From a virus, in UHGV virus genome UHGV-0259702: a stretch of DNA of 43,433 nt. One strand, given 5' to 3'. Under the pieces are notes generated by a model. The model saw only the letters and a program-made list of their open reading frames with translations, did not search any database and had not been told where the DNA came from. Made by a program: the position numbers and the translations under genes. Below are positions 1 to 8,543 of the stretch, one piece after another (position 1 is the stretch's first letter; each line of letters opens with the position of its first letter).

Positions 1-1
1 A

Positions 2-838
2 AAGATTTACACCAGCAGTATCTCTACGGATAACGGAATTGTATTTAAAAATAATGAAGGCTTTACCAACTTGACTGCCAATGTAATAGATAATGGGGTA
101 GATCGGACAGACAATTTCACAATTCGATGGTTTAAGGATGGAAATCATATTTATGCCGGTCGGACCATAAAAGTTCGAGCTTTGGATGTGGAGAGCAAGG
201 CGGTCTACAAATTTGAAGCAAGGGATACGGAGGGAATCCTTCGAGGATTCGAAGAGGTTACGGTTATGGATGTATCCGATGGAACAGACGGAGAGGATGC
301 AGCAATCAAGTCGGATACCCCGCCGGACGATAAGACCAAGCTCTGGTACGATACAGTCAATAACGTGTTTAAGTACTGGGATGGCGAAAAATGGGTGGAA
401 GCATACACGGAAGACATCGAGGATGCGAAAGATGCTGCGGGAAATGCTCAGGAATCCGCAAATACAGCAATCTCCAGTGTAACAAATATCAACACCAGCT
501 TCGAAACATACAAAAATGAAGTTCGTGCAGAATTTAAAAATACAGTAGAGTATGTGAATGGTAAGACCGAGGTGGTTGATACATGGGTGCGGCAGGGGTC
601 GGATGGCGTAACACCGTTTCTGGAACTTGGCGGAACAGGAAACGACCTAAAAGCCAGATTAACAAACTCCAGATTGGGATTTTACGAGGGCGATAAGGGA
701 TTGGCATATTTCGGAAACGAGAAAGCGTATATGCCGGTTGCAGAAATTGACAATCTAAGTGCAAAGAGAGTTGGTGTAGGCAACTATGCTATGCTGGACA
801 ATGGGGATGGACACCTATCTATAATCTATATCGAGTAA
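2..838 (+). CDS. Tail tip protein, C-terminal part (5' truncated at window edge; probable continuation of the Tal gene at 42280-43433)
   Basis: Open frame 2 from base 2 with no stop. The sequence (TVMDVSDGTDGEDAA, WYDT..KYWDGEKW) resembles C-terminal regions of Gram-positive phage Tal/minor structural proteins. It is in frame with the window end if the sequence is circular. Confidence 0.6.
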   Translation, partial: KIYTSSISTDNGIVFKNNEGFTNLTANVIDNGVDRTDNFTIRWFKDGNHIYAGRTIKVRALDVESKAVYKFEARDTEGILRGFEEVTVMDVSDGTDGEDAAIKSDTPPDDKTKLWYDTVNNVFKYWDGEKWVEAYTEDIEDAKDAAGNAQESANTAISSVTNINTSFETYKNEVRAEFKNTVEYVNGKTEVVDTWVRQGSDGVTPFLELGGTGNDLKARLTNSRLGFYEGDKGLAYFGNEKAYMPVAEIDNLSAKRVGVGNYAMLDNGDGHLSIIYIE

Positions 839-847
839 GGAGAGAAA

Positions 848-2254
848 ATGGCAGGAACAGGAAGAATATACGTCACGGCAGTACGTGGTGTAGGAGATGT
901 TAATCTCACGCACAAGTATGATGTAGATATCAGATTTGATATCGCATTTGACTGGGGCGGATACAATTACGGCGGTGCACCGTACAGCATGAGTTGTGAT
1001 GGACAGAACACCTCCGGTAGTGCGACATTTGCAGTCGGCAGTGGCGGCGGACAATGGATCTGGACTAATATTGGCGGAACAAAGACATTCCGGATCACGA
1101 TGCCAACGAGCGGACAATCAAAGAACATCGGTTTTTCTGCAACGATCAACACGGGAATAAATCCAGCGACAATCTCGGCAAATGGAAGTTACGCGCTGCC
1201 GGCTATTACGTGGGAGCATACGGTATCTTATAATGCAAATGGTGGGACCGGTGCTCCAGACACCCAGAAAAAGATATACGGATCCGTATTAACACTATCT
1301 TCTGTGCGTCCCACAAGAGATGGCTACGTATTTATGGGCTGGGCAACATCGTCCGCTGGAGACGTAGCATACATGCCGGGATCAGCGTACGGTGCCGATG
1401 CAGATGCGACTCTTTATGCAGTTTGGCAGATCGCGTACATTAAGCCGACAATTACCGGGTTGACTGCATTGCGATGCGACTCTAAGGGATCACCAAAAAG
1501 TGATGGCACGTACATTAAAGTCACTGGGAGTTGGCAAGTAGACCAGACCTTAAATAGCTCTAACAAGGCAACCAGTGTCAGGATAGATTATCAGGAGACT
1601 GCTTCTGGGAGTCCGGTGAAAGCAAGCGAAACATATCCAAACACGACAAGCGGAAGGATTTCCCAAATAATCGGGAATGGGAAAATATCCACGGGGAGTG
1701 TGTACTTTGTTATCGTTACAATCACGGACCTAAACGGCAGCAATCAAGAAGAAGTGATTGTTCCGGCACAGTTCCGGGCGTTGGATGTTGCGAATAAAGG
1801 GAGAAGTATTGCTTTCGGCGGAACAGCAAGCGATAGCGAAGTGGGTTATGATTTCTATCAAGATACGAGGTTTCATGGCAAGTTATTACTGGGTGATCAA
1901 GAATTGATGGGAATCAAGGAATATGATTCCGGACAGGTGAGAGGACCGTACTCCAATGTAAACAGCAGTAATCACGTGCGGGTGTGGTTGTATAAAATCG
2001 GCAAGATCGTACACTGCAAAATTGAGATGTTGGCACAGTTTCCGAACAGCGGGTCTTTCAATGATTTTGACGAGGCGGCCATCCCGGAAGAATTCCGGCC
2101 GAAATATCACGTATTTTGCGCGTGCCCGGAAGTAGTAGCCGGCACGATCGTTGGAAACGGGAGGTACCGTATCGGCCCGAAAATATCGCTGGATGTAGAA
2201 AATGCGACCTATGCAGAGAGAACAATCTGCACATCTTGGATATCCGCAATTTAA
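848..2254 (+). CDS. Tail fiber / receptor-binding protein with a Listeria-Bacteroides (InlB B-repeat-like) domain
   Basis: SD GGAGAGAAAATG. Segment YNANGGTGAPDTQKKIYGSVLTLSSVRPTRDGYVFMGWATSSAGDVAYMPGSAYGADADATLYAVW matches the Listeria-Bacteroides repeat signature. Located downstream of Tal. Confidence 0.6.
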   Translation: MAGTGRIYVTAVRGVGDVNLTHKYDVDIRFDIAFDWGGYNYGGAPYSMSCDGQNTSGSATFAVGSGGGQWIWTNIGGTKTFRITMPTSGQSKNIGFSATINTGINPATISANGSYALPAITWEHTVSYNANGGTGAPDTQKKIYGSVLTLSSVRPTRDGYVFMGWATSSAGDVAYMPGSAYGADADATLYAVWQIAYIKPTITGLTALRCDSKGSPKSDGTYIKVTGSWQVDQTLNSSNKATSVRIDYQETASGSPVKASETYPNTTSGRISQIIGNGKISTGSVYFVIVTITDLNGSNQEEVIVPAQFRALDVANKGRSIAFGGTASDSEVGYDFYQDTRFHGKLLLGDQELMGIKEYDSGQVRGPYSNVNSSNHVRVWLYKIGKIVHCKIEMLAQFPNSGSFNDFDEAAIPEEFRPKYHVFCACPEVVAGTIVGNGRYRIGPKISLDVENATYAERTICTSWISAI

Positions 2255-2275
2255 GGAGTGAATATGGAGATTAGG

Positions 2276-2300
2276 GCAAGACCGTGTTGGTCTTATTTTT
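2276..2300 (+). terminator. Rho-independent terminator after the tail fiber gene
   Basis: GCAAGACC-gtgtt-GGTCTT followed by ATTTTTAT. Confidence 0.5.
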
Positions 2301-2326
2301 ATACTTAAAAAAGCCGGAGGGAAAAC

Positions 2327-2608
2327 ATGACAGAAAATGAAGTAGAAGTGAAACTTGCAGAGCACGGAAAAGAAATCGGCTCTCTAAAGCACCGAATGAA
2401 AGAAGCTGAGGACGTTGTTAATGTGGTGCACCAGCTGGCACAGGAGATGGTAGGACTGACCAAAGAGGTCGGCTTTATGAACCAGACACTGGTACAGCTG
2501 ACCGCAAAAGTGACACATCTTGAGCAGACACCAGCCAAACGGTGGGATGGGGTCGTGACAGCACTGGTCGGAGCCGTGATCGGGGCTGTAGTAGCAATGT
2601 ATTTGTAA
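2327..2608 (+). CDS. xhlA: XhlA-like haemolysin/lysis-associated membrane protein
   Basis: 93 aa with coiled-coil N-terminus and single C-terminal TM (VVTALVGAVIGAVVAMYL). Position immediately upstream of the holin. SD GGAGGGAAAACATG. Confidence 0.6.
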   Translation: MTENEVEVKLAEHGKEIGSLKHRMKEAEDVVNVVHQLAQEMVGLTKEVGFMNQTLVQLTAKVTHLEQTPAKRWDGVVTALVGAVIGAVVAMYL

Positions 2609-2621
2609 AGGAGAATAAAAA

Positions 2622-2870
2622 ATGAAGAAGATTAACTGGATTGTAAGAATTAAAAACAAGGCATTCTGGGTGGCTCTGATCCCGGCACTCTTGCTGTTGG
2701 TACAGGCTATTGCAGCAGTGTTTGGATTTGCGATCGATCTCGGAGATTTAGGAGACAAGCTGTTGACTGTAGTTAATGCGCTCTTTGCAGTACTGGCAAT
2801 CCTTGGTGTAGTGGTAGACCCAACAACGCCGGGGACAGGAGATTCGGAGAGGGCACTTACATATAAATAG
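2622..2870 (+). CDS. Holin, phage phi LC3 family-like
   Basis: 82 aa with two hydrophobic helices and a C-terminal VVDPTTPGTGDSERAL tail typical of the phi LC3 holin family. SD AGGAGAATAAAAAATG. Confidence 0.7.
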   Translation: MKKINWIVRIKNKAFWVALIPALLLLVQAIAAVFGFAIDLGDLGDKLLTVVNALFAVLAILGVVVDPTTPGTGDSERALTYK

Positions 2871-2876
2871 ATTCGG

Positions 2877-2905
2877 GAGAGCTCGGAAACAGGCTCTCTT
2901 TTATT
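2877..2905 (+). terminator. Hairpin plus T-tract between holin and endolysin
   Basis: GAGAGC-tcggaaacag-GCTCTC followed by TTTTATT. Confidence 0.45.
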
Positions 2906-2923
2906 ATGCAAGGAGGTGAGAAC

Positions 2924-3013
2924 ATGAGCGAACAGAACGAATTTGGCAGAGTATCCGCAGAGGAACTGGAAAAGGTATTTGAGACAGAAGAACAGGAGGA
3001 AGAGAAAGAATGA
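2924..3013 (+). CDS. Small acidic peptide (29 aa) with a strong SD, start-stop overlapping the endolysin (ATGA)
   Basis: Perfect SD AGGAGGTGAgaacATG. Peptide MSEQNEFGRVSAEELEKVFETEEQEEEKE. Its stop overlaps the endolysin ATG. Not in the ORF track because it is shorter than 60 aa. Confidence 0.25.
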   Translation: MSEQNEFGRVSAEELEKVFETEEQEEEKE

Positions 3014-3813
3014 AAATTGGCTTAAGGGGAGGACACTCCCCAAATTGTAAAGGTAAAATCGGTCTGATCGATGAGCAGGCAGAAGTGCGGAAGATCTACA
3101 ATGAGCTTGTACCAATGTTACAGGCAGTCGGTCATACTGTGGTTGATTGTAATTCCAACGCATCCAATGTGTCTGGTGAGCTGTCTGACGGCACAAATAA
3201 GGCGAATAGTGCGGGGTGCGATATCTATGTCACCTTGCACATGAATGCGGCAGGAGCGGAATCAGCTGGCGGTACAGAGGTGTGGTTATACGATGCATCT
3301 AACCAGACGATGAACACGATCGCAAGCAATATCTGCCAGAATTTCGCAAATAAAGGATTTGCTAACCGTGGTGTAAAGTACAGTTCGGGATACCATGATC
3401 TGAATGCATCTAATATGCCAGCTATGATCGTAGAGACATTATTTTGCACCGGAACAGATGATGTGGCCAGGTACCGGAGCTTAGGAGTTAAAGGAGTTGC
3501 AGAACTGATCGCAAAGGCGATCGACAGCAAAGCATCCGCAGGAAGTGGGCAGGGAAATAATCAAAATACAGGAGATCAGAAAGGAGAAGAGACTATGCAG
3601 TGTATGTTTACAGTAGAGGGAAAAGGATGTGTATATTGGTATCATGACGATAAGATTACGGCTTTGGGACATCCGGACGAGATGAAGATCCTGATGGATA
3701 TTTACAAAGCGAACAATGGAAGAGATATGCCGTCTTATCATTGGACAAAAAAAGCGCCGTGGCACGCAAGATTGCTTGCGGTTCTGAACAGAAAACCATC
3801 TACATCTATCTAA
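3010..3813 (+). CDS. Endolysin: N-acetylmuramoyl-L-alanine amidase with C-terminal cell-wall binding region
   Basis: N-terminal MKIGLRGGHS...NAAGAESAGGTEVW amidase-like motifs. Position after the holin. 267 aa. Confidence 0.8.
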   Translation: MKIGLRGGHSPNCKGKIGLIDEQAEVRKIYNELVPMLQAVGHTVVDCNSNASNVSGELSDGTNKANSAGCDIYVTLHMNAAGAESAGGTEVWLYDASNQTMNTIASNICQNFANKGFANRGVKYSSGYHDLNASNMPAMIVETLFCTGTDDVARYRSLGVKGVAELIAKAIDSKASAGSGQGNNQNTGDQKGEETMQCMFTVEGKGCVYWYHDDKITALGHPDEMKILMDIYKANNGRDMPSYHWTKKAPWHARLLAVLNRKPSTSI

Positions 3814-3819
3814 TAAAAT

Positions 3820-3860
3820 CCCCTCGGAGATCAGCTCTCTGAGGGGAATAATATTATTTT
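3820..3860 (+). terminator. Rho-independent terminator after the endolysin
   Basis: CCCCTCggaga...tctctGAGGGG stem followed by AATAATATTATTTT. Confidence 0.55.
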
Positions 3861-3882
3861 CTATCAAAATGTATTTTAATAA

Positions 3883-3911
3883 ATTCAATTCAAACCCCTC
3901 TGTGCTATAAT
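3883..3911 (+). promoter_or_regulatory. Extended -10 promoter (TGcTATAAT) upstream of small ORF 3942-4121
   Basis: TGCTATAAT at 3903-3911 with a weak -35 ATTCAA 17 nt upstream. The same TGCTATAAT motif recurs at 20224. Confidence 0.3.
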
Positions 3912-3941
3912 AATATGTAGTCAATGCGAGGGGGGATAATC

Positions 3942-4121
3942 ATGGAATACCAAATCTACGAATCTTACGATACGTTTTTATTATATCAGGAATTTATGGA
4001 GATACCGGGAAATACTTTTAAATTCCGGTTGCCAGAAGGGATGCTTCTGACAACCGAAATGATGCACGCCTTTCTGCGTGCGGCGTATATGAGTGTTGGA
4101 CGGATGGAGTTGCCGTCCTGA
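3942..4121 (+). CDS. Hypothetical small protein (59 aa) between lysis cassette and integrase
   Basis: SD GAGGGGGGAtaatcATG. ORF track 3924-4121, with the internal ATG at 3942 preferred. Confidence 0.3.
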   Translation: MEYQIYESYDTFLLYQEFMEIPGNTFKFRLPEGMLLTTEMMHAFLRAAYMSVGRMELPS

Positions 4122-4218
4122 GAATATTGTATCATTTTCGTATATCTTTATAATAAGTAGAAAGATTACTTGTACGCTCTTGTATAAAGGTTGACCTTTT
4201 TGCAACAACCTACAAACA

Positions 4219-4250
4219 CCCGTAAACCCAGTATTTACAAGGGTTTACGG
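4219..4250. other. Candidate attP core / integrase 3' hairpin: perfect 10-bp inverted repeat CCGTAAACCC-11nt-GGGTTTACGG
   Basis: Perfect inverted repeat at 4220-4229 and 4241-4250 overlapping the integrase stop codon. It lies in the 430-bp non-coding gap between endolysin and integrase, where temperate phages carry attP. Confidence 0.35.
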
Positions 4251-5720
4251 CATGTAGTAGTAATAAACCTTTAATAAGTCTTTGTCCTTTTCATAGACGA
4301 TTTTTTCTACAACACTTCTGAGTACCTCGTTTTTGGTCATCACGTCGACGGAATTAGAAGAGAGAATATCGTACACATTTTTTACTCTTAATAGCATGTC
4401 CTTATCATCATTTTTGCTGTTGTTTTTTTCTTCCTTGATTTCAGACAGTTGCTTTTCAAGATTTTCTTTTTCCTCCTGCACAGCCTGTTTATTCTCCTTG
4501 TATTCTTCCATAGTGTCAATTCCGTTCATATAGGCTTCTTTGATTCTTTGTAGTTTCACATCGATCTTTTTGATCTGGTCTTCCAGTATGGTTTTTAAGT
4601 CCACAGTGTCATCGGTTTTGGCTTCAATCTTGCGGTATGTGATTTTACCATTATCAAGCACAGTTTTGATGGATTCCAGTACTGCAGGTTCTAACTTGAT
4701 TGAGCTGATAGAGTTGTTCGCCATGCATTTCCCTTTTGTGTATCCATAGCACCTAAAATGAGAGTACACTCTTGTGTTATTTCTGATCGTGTTTGCAGTC
4801 ATTGTCCTGCCGCACGCTGGGCACTTAACAACACCAGACAACCAGTGTTTATATGTGCTTACTGGTCTCGCACCACGAGGCCTGTATTCTCTCTTGTATC
4901 GTTCCTGCGCCTTGTCAAATAATTCCTTACTTATGATTGCGGGATGCTCCCCATCGGTTACAATCCATTCGCTTTCCGGACGGATTTCGTTGGATTCATT
5001 GATTGTCCGATTCCAGCGTATCATACCGCAGTAAGTAGGATTCTGCAAGATATATTCGATAGATCGGCGTTCAAATTCTTTTCCGTGCGAGGTTTTGAAA
5101 TTATGCATATTTAAAAGCCTAGCAATTTCAAATATTCCTAAGTTCTCATTTGCATACTTTTCAAAAATCAGTTTCACGATTTCAGCTTCTTCCGGAACGA
5201 TTACCGGAGGTTCCTTATGCGTCACGATCTTATACCCGAGCGGTGGGCGTGCTTGGTATCCACCTCTTTCTGCTTTCTCCTTCATTCCTCTGGTTACTTC
5301 TCCGGAAAGACGAACGGAATAATATTCGTCCATCCACTCGATGATTCGCTCTATCAGAGAGCCAAATGGGCCATCTACCAGCGGTTCTGACACGCTTATT
5401 ACATCTACGTTATGTTTCTTTTTAAGCAGAGACTTATATACAATGCTTTCCTCTTGGTTTCTTGCAAATCTGCTGTATTTCCATACTAAGATAGCATCTG
5501 CAGGATGATCTGACGATTTCGCGAGCCCAATCATCTTTTGAAACTCCGGGCGCTTATCAGCTTTTCTTCCGGAAATCCCGACCTCATAAAAAATCTTAGA
5601 CACCACATACCCGTGACTCTTTGCGTAATCTTTTAACAACTTCGCTTGGGAATCTGGGGATAATTCATCTTGCTTTCCAGTGGATACACGGACGTATCCA
5701 AAAGCATATTTCGTTTCCAT
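4245..5720 (-). CDS. Large serine recombinase (phage integrase)
   Basis: 491 aa. N-terminal resolvase catalytic domain (YVRVSTGKQ...SPDSQ with the catalytic Ser context). Recombinase domain and zinc-ribbon cysteines (CPACGR...C). C-terminal coiled-coil. Confidence 0.9.
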   Translation of the reverse strand: METKYAFGYVRVSTGKQDELSPDSQAKLLKDYAKSHGYVVSKIFYEVGISGRKADKRPEFQKMIGLAKSSDHPADAILVWKYSRFARNQEESIVYKSLLKKKHNVDVISVSEPLVDGPFGSLIERIIEWMDEYYSVRLSGEVTRGMKEKAERGGYQARPPLGYKIVTHKEPPVIVPEEAEIVKLIFEKYANENLGIFEIARLLNMHNFKTSHGKEFERRSIEYILQNPTYCGMIRWNRTINESNEIRPESEWIVTDGEHPAIISKELFDKAQERYKREYRPRGARPVSTYKHWLSGVVKCPACGRTMTANTIRNNTRVYSHFRCYGYTKGKCMANNSISSIKLEPAVLESIKTVLDNGKITYRKIEAKTDDTVDLKTILEDQIKKIDVKLQRIKEAYMNGIDTMEEYKENKQAVQEEKENLEKQLSEIKEEKNNSKNDDKDMLLRVKNVYDILSSNSVDVMTKNEVLRSVVEKIVYEKDKDLLKVYYYYMP

Positions 5721-5893
5721 GTTATCATCTCCTTATTTAATTTTATGCAAAAACGAGTACAAAAATAACAGCCAGCGCAAAACATATGTTCCGCTTGCAA
5801 GCTGTTTCCGAAGATGATACAATATTCATGGATTTTAATCGCATATCTTCGGGTATGTAGACCGTCTCTGTTGGCGCAGGGGCGGTTTTTATT

Positions 5894-6919
5894 TTATTGT
5901 GGTGGATGGCAAATGCCGCACGGTTCATAAACCCCGCGTACCTCAGATAGATGCTTTTCTATCTTAGATTTTAAAGTTCTGCATCCAGCGCTATGATACT
6001 TGGCTCCAGTGTTTGTTATATACACGATGGGATCATCTTGGCTTTGCTGTGCAGCCTGTTCTTGCGCTGCTTGTGCTGCAGCTTGCTCTTGTGCAATCCT
6101 TTCTTGTTCAGCAGCGGCAGCCTGTTCTTGCTCAATTCTTGCCTGTTCAGCTGCTTGCGCTTCCTGTTCCAACCTGATCCGTTCTTCTTCCTCAGCTTTT
6201 AATCGAGCTTCCTCTTCTGGATCTATAACAGTGATTGTTTTTGTACTACTCTCAATTTCTTCGTTTGCTGTGAAGAACAGTGATACGTTTCCGGAATCAG
6301 TAAATGTAACAATAGCTTTTCCGTCTTTGTATTCAAGTTCTGCAATATTATTTGCAGATAGCTCCAAACTTTCAATTTCTGCATCAGATGGACTTGGAGT
6401 TATTTTAACTTCTGTCACATCACCTATAGCAAATTCCGTCTTCCCCCACTCTACAGTTATGGAGTTTAATTCAGATGGAGATCCAAGCCATATAAAGATA
6501 ATTAGAGATGTTGCAAACACAATCGAGCATATCGCAGTATTCCTGATCCTGTATGGCCGGAATTTTTTGGATGCAACACAGTATATCAATACCGGTATGG
6601 CTGGTATCCATAAAAAAGAATACACTACAAGTGCAATAGAGAGCATTATCAGTAAGGCAATAAGACCAAGACATCCACCACCACTTTTATTCGATGCTCT
6701 ACTCATTGTTTTCCCCTTGTTTTCTTTAGTTTTTCCGTTTTTGGTTTCTGTGTAATACAGTCCGCTCCCTGGAATTCCAAAGCTTTTTGTCCGTTTTCCG
6801 TCAGAATTAACAGTGTAATGTATTCCTTTTCCGCCAAACGTGAAGCTATGGCTATTCTTGTTAAGATTAAACTTTATACCGGGAGCAATTTTAAAACTTT
6901 TTCTAAAGCGAAATCCCAT
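5894..6919 (-). CDS. DUF4236-family membrane protein with Ig-like domain, acidic coiled-coil and C-terminal Cys/His motif (lysogeny-module accessory gene)
   Basis: N-terminus MGFRFRKSFKIAPGIKFNLNK... matches DUF4236. Two or three TM helices. Q/A/E-rich coiled-coil encoded by GC-rich repeats at 6040-6200. C-terminal YHSAGC...CGICHP motif. Confidence 0.6.
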   Translation of the reverse strand: MGFRFRKSFKIAPGIKFNLNKNSHSFTFGGKGIHYTVNSDGKRTKSFGIPGSGLYYTETKNGKTKENKGKTMSRASNKSGGGCLGLIALLIMLSIALVVYSFLWIPAIPVLIYCVASKKFRPYRIRNTAICSIVFATSLIIFIWLGSPSELNSITVEWGKTEFAIGDVTEVKITPSPSDAEIESLELSANNIAELEYKDGKAIVTFTDSGNVSLFFTANEEIESSTKTITVIDPEEEARLKAEEEERIRLEQEAQAAEQARIEQEQAAAAEQERIAQEQAAAQAAQEQAAQQSQDDPIVYITNTGAKYHSAGCRTLKSKIEKHLSEVRGVYEPCGICHPPQ

Positions 6920-6954
6920 ATCTTTTCCTTATATACATTTTCAATGCCTTTATT

Positions 6955-7485
6955 TTACTGCACTGCTATTTTTTGAGTATCTTTCTTGTTATCAAACGAT
7001 ATCATATCGGATGCTTCAATCGTGAGCTCCGTGTCGCTCTTTAATTTATACACCTGACATACTTCAACCGTTCCACCTGGCTGCACTTCATTTATAGCGT
7101 AATTGTTCATAGAGTCGTTCTGTTCTGCCATAATTCCCATTTCACACTCGCCACCGTCCTGAAAACACTGTACGTTTGCAGCAATTCCAGCTGTTGCGTT
7201 TTCGTCCGAATTATTTGTAAAGGTATAATAGTAAAGCAGACATTTATTTCCCTCATAATCATTCGCAAATTCATGTCGTACATATTTTACATTAAATTTT
7301 TCTGCTGTAAAATCTATGATTCCGTCATCGACTGGCTGTGCTTCTTCTTTTGATTCTTCTTTCTGCTCTGTTGTTGCTTCTGTCTTTGCCTCGGCGTCTT
7401 TGGACGGTTCGGCATCCCCACCACATGCTGTAATGGATAATGGCATAGCTCCTACTAATAACATTGCTACAATTTTCTTTTTCAT
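6955..7485 (-). CDS. Lipoprotein (DUF4352/DUF5067-like), lysogeny-module accessory gene
   Basis: Signal peptide plus lipobox MKKKIVAMLLVGAMPLSITAC. Acidic linker. Ig-like domain typical of Firmicutes lipoproteins. Confidence 0.7.
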   Translation of the reverse strand: MKKKIVAMLLVGAMPLSITACGGDAEPSKDAEAKTEATTEQKEESKEEAQPVDDGIIDFTAEKFNVKYVRHEFANDYEGNKCLLYYYTFTNNSDENATAGIAANVQCFQDGGECEMGIMAEQNDSMNNYAINEVQPGGTVEVCQVYKLKSDTELTIEASDMISFDNKKDTQKIAVQ

Positions 7486-7608
7486 AGTTTCCTCACTTTC
7501 TTATGTACATTAACACCACTTTGCTCTATATAAACGCCGAAGCGGTTATATCATTTCCAGTATTTCCCTGTAGTTTCCAGCTCTGGAATATACTACAATG
7601 TAAACACT

Positions 7609-7806
7609 ATGAAAATACTACTCGATAAGATCATGCGCGATAAAAACCTATCTACTCGGCAAGTATCCATTGCGACCGGAATATCAAAATCAACGATCAA
7701 CCGCATTGCAAACGGTGAAATATCACCGACAGCTGACACGCTGGAATTACTTGCCAAGGGCTTAAAAGTCCGAATTTCTGACCTTATCGACTCTCCATAT
7801 CAATAA
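7609..7806 (+). CDS. XRE-family HTH transcriptional regulator (65 aa)
   Basis: STRQVSIATGISKSTINRIANGE is a classic XRE helix-turn-helix. Divergent from the accessory-gene operon. Confidence 0.75.
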   Translation: MKILLDKIMRDKNLSTRQVSIATGISKSTINRIANGEISPTADTLELLAKGLKVRISDLIDSPYQ

Positions 7807-7925
7807 GTGTCCCAGATCTGGGACGATTGTCCATTTTTGCGTAAGTTTCCCTGTTTTGGATTGTTAACTTAATAGAGAGGTACATAAGTACCAAAAAATA
7901 ACAGAACAAATGTTCGAACAAAATA

Positions 7926-7954
7926 TTGATTTTTATTCACCGAAATAGTATTAT
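7926..7954 (+). promoter_or_regulatory. Sigma-A-like promoter TTGATT-17-TATTAT flanked by inverted ATGTTCGAA repeats (7910-7918 and 7967-7975)
   Basis: Sequence read directly. The palindrome TGTTCGAACA at 7911-7920 and TTCGAACAT at 7967-7975 bracket the promoter. Confidence 0.4.
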
Positions 7955-8002
7955 GTATTCAGGGATTTCGAACATGTGTTTTTGCAGTTAGGGGGATCGC
8001 GA

Positions 8003-8128
8003 ATGGACTACAAAAAACTTATCTTTGAATTGGTTAACAAGTCCAACAACATTGAGTTGTTGGAACTTGTATACCGATTCTGCAAAAAAACTTTTAGGCT
8101 AGGGGAAACCCTAGTCTTTTTTAATTAA
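8003..8128 (+). CDS. Candidate small ORF (41 aa) downstream of that promoter
   Basis: SD AGGGGGAtcgcgaATG. MDYKKLIFELVNKSNNIELLELVYRFCKKTFRLGETLVFFN. It reads through the bidirectional terminator and overlaps the repressor 3' end. Speculative. Confidence 0.2.
   Translation: MDYKKLIFELVNKSNNIELLELVYRFCKKTFRLGETLVFFN
8084..8122. terminator. Bidirectional rho-independent terminator (AAAAAAA-CTAGGG-gaaa-CCCTAG-TTTTTT)
   Basis: Palindromic stem with a GAAA loop flanked by an A-tract on one side and a T-tract on the other. It overlaps the stop codon of the minus-strand repressor. Confidence 0.6.
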
Positions 8129-8491
8129 GCTCTCAGCGAGCTTCTCTAGGACTTCCCATTCACTTTCATCCAGCTTTGTAAGAGCTTCTACTAATCTTTT
8201 CTTGAATGTATTGTCTTCCATTATAAGATCAGCAGTAAAGTCTGTGATTAACTGATTCCTTGTTAATGGTACAAACATTTCACCGTTTCCGGTCCTTAAC
8301 CATTCTTCGCTTACATTAAATTTTTCACACATCAACCTATAAATCGGTTCCTGTTTCTCCGGATTTTTCAAACGATTATTTTCAATATTATTTATAACGT
8401 CTCTTTTTACTCCAAGAGTTTCACCGAATTCAGTCTGTGTCATATGTAATTGTTCAGTTCGGAGGAGCTTTATTCTCTCGAACATTTCCAT
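8111..8491 (-). CDS. cI-like phage repressor (XRE HTH N-terminal domain plus C-terminal dimerisation region)
   Basis: MTQTEFGETLGVKRDVINNIENN HTH. Strong SD AAGGAGGTGA. Divergent from the early operon and fronted by operators. Confidence 0.8.
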   Translation of the reverse strand: MEMFERIKLLRTEQLHMTQTEFGETLGVKRDVINNIENNRLKNPEKQEPIYRLMCEKFNVSEEWLRTGNGEMFVPLTRNQLITDFTADLIMEDNTFKKRLVEALTKLDESEWEVLEKLAESLIKKD

Positions 8492-8513
8492 TATATCACC
8501 TCCTTGCGAAATA

Positions 8514-8543
8514 CATTATATCATAATCTAGTGAGTTTATCAA
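8514..8543 (-). promoter_or_regulatory. Repressor maintenance promoter (minus strand): -35 TTGATA (rc of 8538-8543), 18-nt spacer, -10 TATAAT (rc of 8514-8519)
   Basis: Read on the reverse complement. The -35 lies inside operator 1. Confidence 0.45.

Noticed and set aside
2384-3196. 270-aa minus-strand ORF spanning XhlA, holin and the endolysin start
   Set aside because: It is antisense to three well-supported lysis genes, lacks an SD and has low-complexity composition.
6000-6755. 251-aa plus-strand ORF rich in Cys, Ala and Ser
   Set aside because: It lies antisense within the DUF4236 gene. The low-complexity composition mirrors the GCAGC repeats that encode the coiled-coil on the other strand, so it is a shadow ORF.
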